Origin: the human T2T-CHM13v2.0 reference genome, Homo sapiens
Direction: 5' to 3' (one strand)
Assembly (NCBI RefSeq): GCF_009914755.1
Contig: NC_060928.1
DNA length: 64,000 nucleotides
Positions 34,679 to 50,418 of the stretch are shown one piece after another. How positions within the stretch are numbered: position 1 is the first letter of the stretch; each line of letters begins with the position of its first letter. A model generated the notes under the pieces. The model did no database searches, was not told the origin of the DNA, and saw nothing but the letters and a program-made list of their open reading frames with translations. Both the position numbers and the translations under genes were made by a program.

Positions 34679-35488
34679 CATACACACATTAGACATTTAC
34701 CATGATAATGATGAGAGACGCTGATAAATGAGGTCTGTTTTAAATTTAAGCTTTTCACCAGGGCATTGTTTGAATGGCTGTGTTTCTTGTATCTTAGGAC
34801 TCATAATGCCAGTGGCATTTACTCTTTTATGAGAATGGGGTATCAATTAGTAAGACAGTAAAGCTTAAATACAACATTTAACAACATTTAACAGTGTTAC
34901 AAACAAACACATTTAAAAATCTTCAGGGTATCTTTCCCTCTCAAGAACCTGAATCTCTGTCAAGAGCCTACATCACATTAACAATTAAGATGATAGTAGA
35001 ATCAACAAACTCCCCGTTACTAGTTCTGGTCACATTTATTTAGATATAATAACATCTACCTGTGTGCATACAGTCAGAATATGACAAGATGTAATAAATG
35101 TTGGTATGATAGCAGCTTCTATGTATGTGTGTGTAGCAGAGATTCCAGCTTGAACTTAAAGTTCTATAGTTTTATTGACAATTCCACCCTCGCCTGCCAT
35201 TGGATTATCAGGAGCTTGTCTTGGCACAAATCCAGTCTCCCAAACACGCCCAGACATGTTGAAACAATGTAATATTCTACAGCTTGTAATTTAGTATAGT
35301 TAATGGTGTTAGTCTTCTACATAACATACGTATAAAAGTGAAAGGTTTTTCTTCTACTTTCTCCAGTAGATCCTTTATTTCCATGTTGGTCTCTTTGTGT
35401 TACCAAAAGTTTAGAAATTCATATAGGCCCTGGGACAGAAAAATTAGTCCCTGGTTGGCCTAGTTTCCTTAGTATTTTAGCTTAATGA

Positions 35489-35812
<324 letters not shown>

Positions 35813-36927
35813 CTTTTAATGTATTCTTTTAATTCCGGAACTTGGTTCTGATTTAGCCATCTAACTACTAGGAAGTACTTTTGAAGTATAATACTGCAAG
35901 GAGACATAGACCAAAGAAAGGCATCACACACAGGATTTTCTGTTTGGAGATTTGCAAAATACAATAGAAGCCTGATTAAATGATTAATGGGACAGAATAT
36001 AATATATCTAAAGAATGCACTCATTAAAAGTTTCTGCACAAATGAGTTAGATAGCTTACTCCAGTGTCTTACTCAAAGGAAAACATTCTAATGCATTCAC
36101 AGACATACACGCACACAAAAGGAATCCAAACTGATGACAGATGGATGCAATTGCTATTGGGAAAGAAGTGGCAGTTTTAATAGTTCATTATGATGATTTC
36201 ATTCAAAATATAGTACTAGGATGCTGAAATTTTTAAATGACATGTTACACCATCAAATTTCCCAAAAACACAACAGGAATGCCTTGGAGATATTGCCGAT
36301 TCAGTCCCAGATCTCTGTAATAAAATGAATATTGCAATGAAGTGAGTCACATGAACTTTTTGGTTTCCTAGTTCATAAAAAAGTTATGTTTACACTATAC
36401 TGTAGCCTATTAAATGTGCAATACCATTATGTCTAAAGAAATGTACATACTTTAAACATACTGCTAAAAATGCTACTTTGAGACTTCAGCAAGTCATAAT
36501 TGTTTTGCTAGTAGAGAGTCTTGCCTTGATGTTGATGGCTGTTGACTGATCAGCGTGATGATTGCTGAAGGCTGGGGTGGCTGTCGCAATTTCTGAAAAT
36601 AAGACAATCATGAACTTGCAGCATCAGTTGACTCTGCTTTTCACAAAAGATTTCTCTGTTTAACAGCGTTTTACCTACAGAAGAACTTACAAAACTGAAG
36701 GCGATCTTCTCAAACCGTCCTGCAGCTTTACTAGCTAAGTTTATGTAATATATTTTAAATCCTTTGTGGTCATTTCATCAATGTTCACAGCATCTTCACC
36801 AGTAGATTCCATCTCAAAAAAACACTTTCTTTGCTCATTCATAAGAAGCAGCTCCTCTCTTATTATTTGCATCACATCTCCAGTTACTTCCTCCTCTGTA
36901 GTCTTGAACCCCTCAAAGTCATCATGA

Positions 36928-37302
<375 letters not shown>

Positions 37303-37567
37303 AAATAACAGATATTCTTGATGATATCTAAAATCATGAATTATTTCCAGAAAGTTTCCAATTTACTTTGCCCACCTCCATCTGAGGAATCACTATCTAT
37401 GGCAGCTATAGCCTTAGGAAATGTACTTCTTAAATCATAAGAATTGAAAGTTGAAATTACTTATTGATCCATGGGCCTGCAGAATGGATGTTGTGTTAAC
37501 AGACATGAATGCATAAATCTTGTATATATTCATCAGAGCTTTTGGGTGACCAGGTTCATTAAGTTAA

Positions 37568-37879
<312 letters not shown>

Positions 37880-40703
37880 TTAAGCAGTAATTTTTTAAAT
37901 GAATCTTATTTTCTGAGCAATAGTTTCAAAAGTGGACTTAAAATATTCAGTAAACTATGCTGTAAATAGATGTGCTTCATCCAAGCTTTATTGCTCCAAT
38001 GAGAGAGCACAAGCAGAGTAAATTTAGCATAATTCTTAGGGCCCTAGGATTTTCAGAATAGTAAATGAGCTTTGGCTTTCACTTAAATTCACCAGCTGCA
38101 TTAATCCCTAACAAGAGAGTCAGCCTGTCCTTTGAAGCTTCGAAGTCAGGTATTGACTTCTCCTCTTTAGCTATGAAAATCCTGGATGGCATCTTCTTCC
38201 AAGAGAAGGCTGTTTTATCTAAATAAACATCTTTTCTTTAGTGTAGCCACCTTCATCAATTATCTTAGCTAGATCTGGATAACTTGCTGCAGCTTCTATA
38301 TCAGCACTTGCTGCCTCACCTTGCACGTTTATTGTATACAGGCTGCTTGTTTTGTTAAACCTCATGAGCCAAGCTCTGCTAGCTTCCAATTATTTTTCTG
38401 CGGCTTCCTCACCTCATTCAGCCTTCATAGCAGTGAAGAGAGTTAGGGTGTTGCTCTTGGTTAGGCTTGGCCTAAGGGAATGTTTGATCTCTCCAGGCTA
38501 CTCAAACTTTCTCTACATCAGCAACAAGGCTGTTTTGCTTTCTTATCATTCTTGTGTTCACTGGAGTAGCACCTTTCATTTCCTTCAAGAATTCTTTTTT
38601 TTTTTGCATTCACAGCTTGGCTAACTGCTTATCACAAGAGGCCTAGCTTTTGGGCTATCTTGGCTTTTGACATGCCTCTCTCTTTAGGCTGAATTATATC
38701 TAGCTTTTTATTTAAAATGAGAGACATGAAACTCTTCCTTTCACTTAAGCACTGAGAGGCCATTCGAGGGTTACTAATTGGCCTAACTTCAATATTGTTG
38801 TGTCTCAAGGGATAGAGAGGCCCAAGGAAAGTAAAGATATGGGGGAATGATTGGTTGGTAGAGCCATCGGAACACACACATCTATCAATTAAGTTCACCA
38901 TCTTATATGGACATGGTTCATGGTGTCCCCAAAACAGTTACGATAATAACATCAAAGATCATCGATCACAGATCACCATAACAGAAATAATAATAATAAA
39001 AAACTTTAAAATATTATGAGAATTACCAAAATGTGACACAGAGACATGAAGTGAGCTCATGCTGTTGGGCAAATGGCACCAATAGACTTCCTCACTGCAG
39101 GGTTGCTACAGATCTTCAACTTGTAAAAAACACAATACCTGTAAATTACAATAATGCAGAGCACAATAAAACTAGGTATGCCTGTATTCAGCTTCTCTTT
39201 CCTTATAAGTTCAATTCTCTGTTCTGTTTTTCTGGGATTTTTTGAAAATAAACATGTAAGAAAATCACAAAGAATAAACTGTCATCATTTTCCATCCTTC
39301 TAATTTCAAACAGGTGCTGGCTGCTCCCTCTTCACAGTGTTTCTGATATGCGGAGCCAGAGGGGTTTTCTGATTTAAAATAGTAGTGACAATCCTGAAAC
39401 TTCTGTGTTTTGGTCTTTTTTTCTCAAAACCACAAATTAATATTTTGTACCTTCCCTAATAATTACTATGTAATAGTATCTTGTTATGATTAAGACAATA
39501 ATATCTACACAGAAAGAACAAAAAAAAAAAACTGGTATTCAGATCCATTATCAGGAAAAAAAAAAGGAGAAAAATGTATTTTCCTTCTCATCTATAGCAA
39601 ATATGGCAAGAAGTTTCTTAACACACTTAGAAGAAAAAGAAAAGTGAAGTTAAAAAAGAGAAAAAGAAGGACACTGTCCAAGCTCAGAAGATTCTTGACT
39701 TCGATGAAGTTGTAATATAAACAGTTTAGGGGAACATGGGATTTAAAAGCAATTTTAAGTGTTGGAAAGCAAACAGCATTTCCATGAGACTATCATTGGA
39801 CCATTTACCAATGTCAGTTCCCGCTTTTAGAGCTAATCATGAGCCTTCCATTACAAGTTCCTAGCCAAGCTGATCTAGTCCAGCTTAAGGTTTGTAGTAC
39901 ATCCTTTCCCAAGTCAACAAAACAAAACAGAACAACAACAAATACTGTCACTAAATGAACATTTCATTAGATATCCCTTTCCCAGCTAGATTTTTTCTTG
40001 CCCTGTTACAAAATTAAACAAGTTATTTCTTCTGGGTTCCATGTTTGAAACTCTCCGGTAGATAGGGTTGTTGTAAAGATCAAAAAGACACTGTATATGC
40101 AAGCACTTTTAAACATACGAAGAATCATACAAATATATGACAAATAGTATTACCAAAGCCACATTGTAATATGCGGATTTTTTCCTTTTGTTTTCATTTT
40201 TCTCTTTTATTCCATTACTATTTTCTTAATAACCAAAACTGCTATGTCGGAATTATAAACTGCTATGTTGAAGTTCAGTTAGGTTGAAAACGAACATTTT
40301 TGGTTTTGGCTTTCAGTAAAACTAACAAAAGTACTCAACATTGCAAATTTTTACCCTCAATCGAGGCTGATGTGCTAAAAAAGATCAGAAAACAGAATCT
40401 AAAGATGCCATTTTCTAAAAAGTAGTTTTTCTCCTCAGTTTTAATGATTATGAGTTTCTTTTGTTGTTCTTGTTGCTGTCATTAAAACTGCCATGGAAGT
40501 AAAATTCCATAAAATGGCATGCATTCCATAGAAATCTCAATTTATACTTCAGGGCAATTTGAGTTGTTACAAATACCATTTTACTGGAAAGAAATCAGTG
40601 GCCATGATAAATTATTTATTTTCTTAGTGTTTGCAAACAAAAACCTCTTTTGAGAAACAGGGTATGTATAAAAGAAGGTAAAGAAAACAAGAACAAATTG
40701 TCA

Positions 40704-41407
<704 letters not shown>

Positions 41408-42390
41408 TCAAAGGACTAAAATGTTTATCAAAGCACTGTGCTAGAGCTTGCTGGCCAGTTTACACTCTGTATTGGTCAGTTCTTCTGTATAGAGGTTTCA
41501 TAAAAAGTCAAATGCGCATTCCTCACTGTTGCCATTGCCAAAATTCCTAAAATTCCTGTCCACACTAATAGGAGCTATTGTCATCCTAATGACTCTAGCT
41601 CCACCAGGGATCCAGAGCCAAGGATGCCAAACTAGTGACACAGAGGCAGCTAGTGCTGCCCGTGCTTTCCCCTCAGTACCCAGGGCCCTCGCCTTGCTGT
41701 GTGCCTGCCAGGTCTTGCTGCTATCATCTCCTTTTCACCCCATTGAAACTTCCTCCTCAGGCCAGCCTCTGTGGTTTAGGCAGTGTAAAATTCTGATAAT
41801 TTCTTTGGAGTTAATAAGCTAATGAGAAAAGTAAAATGAGCCTTCCTCTATCCTAGCAAACGGGCCCAACTTCACAGCAACCTTCTGGAGCTATGTGACA
41901 GTGCTGTTAATTGAATCTGTCTCATGCAAAAAAGAAACAGCAATTATGCAGTTCACTGTGAATAGAGCCCCGTGCTAAGCTTTGCTGGGGGCATTTAAAA
42001 TTGTGTGAGACATTGGAGCGATCTTCACAAGCTTCAGTCTGGAGAAGAAGATAAACATGAGCACTGCTACCTACAATTAAAGTAAACATGTTACCAAACC
42101 AATCTGGCCACTGTGCAAGCCTGACCATGCAAAAAAGCCCTGTGCACTTCATCCTGGACCTCTCTGAGAACCATGAAGGCTGTGAGAACTCTGTGAATGG
42201 GACCTCCCTTCAGCAACTGAAGCCAGTGTGATGATCAGCTAAAAAGAAGAGTTTAAAATCTTTTTAGAGCCAACCAGAGATATGAACTCAGAATCTGGCT
42301 TCACTTGGTGAATTTCCTCCTTCCTCCTCCACACCTAGCCCTTTAAATTCCTGCTCCTAGAAATCAGCTGAAGTAATTTCTTAAATGCCA

Positions 42391-42793
42391 TGTTAAATTA
42401 AGTTTAGCCTAAAGGTGCCTCCTTTCATATTTTAAATTCACCCTAAAGGTTTCTCTGCAAGTGATGAACTGTAACCTAACTGGATGTGTAAAGAGACTGC
42501 AACCTATTCTTGTACCATTACCAAGTTTCTGCAAATCAAAGGCAGCCAACTGTTCAAACCGATTTTAAGTAAGGCAAATGCCAAGATGTAACCAATCCAG
42601 TTGTTTTTCTGTAGGTCACATTTTTTCTGTCTGTAAATACTCTCCAATCACATGGCAACACTGGAGTCTCTCTGAACATATTCTGATGTGGGGGGCTGCC
42701 AAATTCACAAATTGTTCTTTGTTGAATTAAACTCTGTTAAATTTGATTTGTCTACATTTTTTTTCTTTTTGTTTAAAGTTTTCTCTTTTAACA
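42391..42793 (+). mobile_element. MER57-type ERV1 5' LTR
   Basis: tgttaaattaagtttagcctaaag...ttttaaca, followed by the PBS-like gatgtcatcaaaagtgggac; partner LTR at 53638-54378. Confidence 0.85.
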
Positions 42794-42920
42794 GATGTCA
42801 TCAAAAGTGGGACCCCTGCTAGAACTGATAAATGAATTTATTAAAGTTTCAGGATACAAAATCAATGTATACAAATCAGTAGCATTGCTATACACCAATA
42901 GCAGTCAAGCTGAGAAATCA

Positions 42921-43243
<323 letters not shown>

Positions 43244-44385
43244 AGAACTCAACCTTTTACAATAGCTGAAAAAAACAAAACAAAACAAAACCACAAAAAA
43301 AACACCAAGGAAGGTGAAAGGAAGTGAAAGACCTATACAAGGAAAACTACAAAGCACTACTGAAAGAACTCATAGACCACACAAACAAATGGAAACACAT
43401 CCCATGCTCATGGGTAAGTAGAATCAATATTGTGACGATGACCATACTGCCAAATGCAATCTACAAATTGCAGTCTCCATCAAAATACCACCATCATTCT
43501 TCACAGAACAAGAAAAAGCAATCTTAAAATACACATGGAACCAAAGAAGTGTCCGCATAGCTACAGCAAGACTAGGCAAAAAGAACAAATCTGGAGGCAT
43601 CACATTCCCCAATTTCAAGCTATATTATAAGGCTATAGTCACCAAAACAGCATGGTCCTAGTATAAAAATAGGCACATAGACCCATGGAACAGAATAGAG
43701 AACCCAGAAATAAAGCCAAATATTTAAGCCAACTGATCTTCAACAAAGCAAACAGAAACATAAAGTGGGGAAGTTCACCCTATTCAACAAATGGTGTTGG
43801 AATAATTGGCAAGCCACAGGTAGAAGAATGAAACTGGAATCCTCATCTCTCACCTTATACAAAAATCAACTCAAGATGGATCAAAGACTTAAGTTTAAGA
43901 CCTGAAACCACAGAAATTCTAGAAGAAAACATCAGAAAAACCCTTCTAGACATTGGCTTAGGCGAAGACTTCATGACCAAGAACCCAAAAGCAAATGCAA
44001 CAACAATAAAGATAAACAGATAGGGCTTAATTAAACTAAAAAGCTCCTGCACAACAAAATAAATAATGATCAGAGTAAATAGACAACCTACAGAGTGAGA
44101 GAAAAATCTTCACAAACTGCATCAACAAAGGAATAATATCCAGAACCTACAAGAAACTCAAGCAAATCAGCAAGAAAAAAAAAATAACCCCATCAAAACA
44201 TGTGCTAAGGACATGAATAGACAATTCTCAAAAGAAGATATGCAAATGGCCAACAAACATATAAAAATATGCTCAACATCACTAATGATCAGGGAAATGT
44301 AAATCAAAACCACAATGCAATATCACCTTACTCCTGCAAGAAACGCCATAGTAAAAATGAAATTTAAAAAAAAAGGAGATTGGCA

Positions 44386-44944
44386 TGTTAGATATGAGTT
44401 CTAAATTTCTTCTCAAAGAATCAATATGTCAGTATGTTCAATTCTTTGCCTTCTACTTTTAAACTTAACTTCCTTATAAAGGGACTTTTTTCAATTACTT
44501 GCTCCACCCTGACTCATTTCAATCACCTGCTCCACCCTGACTCATTTCAATCACCTGCTCCACCCTGACTCATTCCAATTACCTGCTCCACTCTGACTCA
44601 TTCCAATTACCTGCTACCTGCTTCCCCTTACTCATTCTCCACCCCTCATAACCATTTTCTCCCATCAAACCACCACCCTGTTACTGTCTTTAAATTAGCC
44701 AATCGGAATTAGTTTAGCCTGTGCGGTCTAACCCTAGCCAATAGGGGAATGACACAGCATCAGGGGCCACGTGCGTCAGGAATAAGAACCCCTTTCCCTC
44801 CCTCGTCCACATGTGCGCTCACCATTGCTCCATCTGTTAAGGCCGCATCCTTCTATAGAAGTAAGTTGCCTTGCTGAGAATTAAAAAGAAAATTTTATAT
44901 TCGGGTGCTATTTCTTTTGCGGCACCAAAACTTTACTTATAACA
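44386..44944 (+). mobile_element. LTR10 (LTR10F/LTR10A-like, HERV-I) solo LTR
   Basis: tgttagatatgagttctaaatttc...ttataaca; internal 28-bp repeat, two CCAAT boxes, ATTAAA signal. Confidence 0.88.
44490..44634 (+). promoter_or_regulatory. 28-bp tandem array carrying four perfect AP-1 sites (TGACTCA) plus one variant
   Basis: TGACTCA at 44510, 44538, 44566 and 44594 (exact 28-bp period); TTACTCA at 44628. Confidence 0.8.
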
Positions 44945-45435
44945 GTGTGGATATGGTGAAAAGGGAACACTTTTACACTGCTGGTGGGAATATAAACTAG
45001 TACAACCACTATGGAAAACAATGTGAAGATTCCTTAAAGAACGAAAAGTAGAACCACCATTTGATCCAGCAATCCCACTCCTGGGTATCTACCCAGTGGA
45101 AAAGAAGTCATTATATGAAAAAGATATTTTCACATGCATGTTTATAGCAGCACAATTCATAATTGCAAAAATATGGAGCTAGTCAAAATGCCCATCAATC
45201 AATGAGTGGATAAAGAAAATGTGGTATATATATATACCATGGAATACTACTCAACCATAAAAAGGAACTAAATAATGGCATTTGCAGTGACCTGGATAGA
45301 GTTGGAGACCATTATTCTAAGTGAAGTAACTCAGGAATGGAAAACCAAACATCTTATTTTCTCACTTATAGTGGGAACTAAGCTTTGAGAATGCAAAGGC
45401 ATAGGAATAATACAATGGTCTTTGGGGACTCTGGG

Positions 45436-45794
45436 TGTCACCTGTGGAGGGTGTCTCAGGTTCTTGGCATCTTGAACAAAGTATTGGACAAAACGCACAA
45501 GCAAAGCAAGGAAGGAATGAAGGATTTATTGAAAATGAAAGTACACTCCTTAGTGTGGGAGCAGGCTCAAGCATAGTGGCTTAAAGGCCCCATTACAGAA
45601 ATTTGGGGAGTTTAAATACCCTCTAGAGGATTCCACTGGTTACATGGGGTATGTCCTATGTAAATAAAGAGGATGAAGTAAAGTTACAAAGTTATTTACT
45701 TGGCCTACAGGCTATGGAGAAGATATTTCCTGTCACAGCTGAAGTGCAAATTGGCCTTATGTTCCCTACCTCCAGACCCTGTTGTCCTGCCTCA
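45436..45794 (-). mobile_element. MER61-type ERV1 solo LTR inside the L1PB 3' UTR
   Basis: Reverse complement starts tgaggcaggacaacagggtctggaggtagggaacataaggccaatt. Confidence 0.85.
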
Positions 45795-46663
45795 GGGAAA
45801 AAGGATGGGAGGGGGTAAGGGATAAAAGACTACACATTGTGTAAAGTGTACACCGCTTGGGTGTTGGGTGCACCAAAATCTCAGAAATAACCACTAAAGA
45901 AGTTAGCTATGTAACCAAACGTTACCTGTTCCCGAAAAACCTATTGAAATAAAAATAAATGAATAAATAGATCCATAGAACCACCCTAAAAAAACAGTGG
46001 GACATGAAGTAGAGCTTCCAGCAGCCCCCAGGAGCACTAAGTGACCAAGCAAGGTACCCAGGCTTATCGTGGCCATTGCTCTCTCAGAGTAACTAGGGAT
46101 CATGGGTTAAGTTCTCACTCAGATTCTGAAGTTTCATGGATTTGTGCTTTCAACTATCTGTGTTTGTCTGAGCAATTTTTTTTTTTTAATCTGAACTGGG
46201 TTTGGAAGTTGCAACAGAAACTGTGGACTGGGTCCAGGATTGGATCTGACCTGATAATTAACTGGACTGGATTCATTTAGAAGCCTTGGATATCCAGCTG
46301 GGTCAGACAGAAACTGGCAGTAAGTGGCAATACTGCAGGGGTACAAACTCTGACTTTTGGAAATCTGCAGGGATTTTCATATTCTTTGTTTCTTTTTCTT
46401 TTGCACTTAGGTAAAGAAAAATGATTGGCTTAGTTGGTCAATGGAATCTAAGAGCCACAGCCAAGATTCAATGTAAAATTAGAATCTTTAATTTCTGAAT
46501 AACTGACTGCTCCACCCTCTGGCTACATTTACCTGTGCATGTATAAATGTTAGACCATGGAAGCAGTAACACTTATAGCAATAGCAAAATCTTACTAAAG
46601 GTAATTTAAAATTATAGTGGAACATTCCAAATGACAACACTGAACTTTAAGAAGTGCCTTTAA

Positions 46664-46955
46664 GGCTGGGCATGGTGACGCATGCCTATAATCCCAGCAC
46701 TTTGGGAAGACAAGGCAGGCACATCATGATGTCAGGAGATCCAGATCATCCTAGCCAACATGGGGAAACCCCATCTCTACTAAAATACAAAAAATTAGCT
46801 GGGCAAGGTGGTGCGTGCCTGTAGTCCCAGCTACTCGGGAGGTTGAGGCAGGGGAATCGCTTGAACCCAGGAGTGGAGGTTGCAGTGAGCCGAGATCATG
46901 CCACCGCACTCCAGTGTGGAGACAGAGCAAGACTCCATCTAAAAAAAAAAAGAAA
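46664..46955 (+). mobile_element. AluS (Sc-like)
   Basis: Alu body with poly(A). Confidence 0.92.
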
Positions 46956-47379
46956 GCTCCGAATTAGTTTCAACCAGTGATGCATATGGATATGTAAAAG
47001 CCTGTAAAAAGGTCTCAATATTTTGTTGCTTTTTAAAAGACTTTATAAAAGGCGTGTAAAAAGCTTAAGTGACTAGTTGATTAAATCTGCTAACCTTTTG
47101 GCTTAGTTACTATCCTGCCCTAAAGGCTAAAAGAAAGCTATCCTGGGTAGAGTTTATCAAGGTAAGCCCTCAGGTAAAGTAGGCTTCTTTTTCATCTATA
47201 AAGGAAATTTACATTTGTAAGGTTGTCTGCTTCTGTGCGCTCAGAAAACAGAAAGAACTGTGTCACTAGAAACTCTTACCAATGACGTAAATTTCCATAA
47301 CAAGTCTTACCTTTGTTTAAGGTGCTTTTCCTGGTCCGCTTGTCTTAACTGGGCCTTTACATCTTTCTTTCTTGTTTTG

Positions 47380-47491
47380 GCAAATGATGGTACAATATTT
47401 AGGCCTGAAGTCTCAGCTCTGTGCTTTGGAGATATGCAAATGATGGTACAATATTTAGGCCTGAAGTCTCAGCTCTGTGCTTTGGAGATAT
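47380..47491. repeat. Perfect 56-bp tandem duplication
   Basis: gcaaatgatggtacaatatttaggcctgaagtctcagctctgtgctttggagatat, two identical copies. Confidence 0.95.
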
Positions 47492-47673
47492 AAATTTCTA
47501 CTTTGCTTCACCAAAGAGTAATCCTTTTGGAAGGGTAAATTTAGAGTTGCCTAGCTAACAGTGGCTTAGGGCAAAGATACAGGTAATTGGAAGGTTGATA
47601 GTGTAAATTTGGGGAAAATAATTTTAAAGCCAGCAAATGAAAATTCTTTATGAAAGCTATAAGATCTGCCTCT

Positions 47674-47770
47674 GGCTGTGTGTGGTGGCTCATGTCTGTA
47701 ATCCCAGCACTTTGAGAGGCCAAGGCAGGTGGATCACCTGAGGTCAGGAGTTCTGTCTCAAAAAAAAAAA
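47674..47770 (+). mobile_element. Internally deleted Alu (5' head joined directly to the 3' tail)
   Basis: ...caggagttc|tgtctcaaaa; TSD aagatctgcctct. Confidence 0.9.
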
Positions 47771-47930
47771 GATCTGCCTCTATGTATGTCTATATGTCTA
47801 TATGTGTTATGCATATAAGCATAAGGAATAATATTTGGTAAATAAAGCTGGTTTTTAAATTGTTAGTAAAATAAAATAGGAATGGCTTCAAAACTGTCAG
47901 CTAACTATAACTCAGAAATGTTTGCCTGGG

Positions 47931-49232
<1,302 letters not shown>

Positions 49233-49965
49233 TCTAATGCAAGTTTTAAGGTCATAAAACTGTTGCTGCTTTAATATTCTTGATACTTGCTTGATTTTTT
49301 TGTGAACTCATATTTTGGTCATGAGGCTCTGGAGTCTAGAGTCTGGATAGATGGCTATGGTAAGGCCTGGGAACACGTCTTCAGCACCTACACCACCAGC
49401 TGCAAGGCACAGTCAAACCCAATATGACCCCTTCCTCCCTGGGTCAGCTTTTCCTCCTATCCATTCTTGGAGGAGTTGGATCCTCCAGGCATCATCTTTA
49501 TAGCACTGTCCTCTGTCCTGACCTCTATACCTGGTATGTAAATTCAGGACCCAGACAGGGCCTGCCCCTCATAGCCATCCTGGGTGACACATGGCTACTT
49601 GAGATCTAGGATGACTAGGGAATACAACTGTATCATAGTTTCAAAATTATTTTCAGTAGTTTAAAATCTTAAAGTCATGTTATATTAAATTTAGTAACAT
49701 ATAATTATAAAATGCCTCAGTCATTTATGAGCAAGTTAAAATGCTGAAACATTAATTATTAAAATAAGTTTAATTTACATACTTTGGCATATTATTTTAG
49801 TATGATATAGAAAAGCTAAATGTGTTTAGATCTATTAATAAACAAAAAAGAGTGTATTTCTAAAAAATTATAAAATGTTTTTCATCTACAAATACTGACA
49901 TGAAACAGTTCAAAATTAAGGTTTTCACTAGAAATTAGGGTTAGTAAGAGGTGAAATTGTAGTTA

Positions 49966-50418
<453 letters not shown>

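Noticed and set aside
44490-44615. 28-bp repeats superficially resembling a CRISPR array
   Set aside because: Contiguous tandem units with no spacers, in a eukaryotic LTR context with no cas genes
45640-45730. Possible p53 response element in MER61 (some subfamilies carry one)
   Set aside because: I could not find a paired RRRCWWGYYY site in this copy
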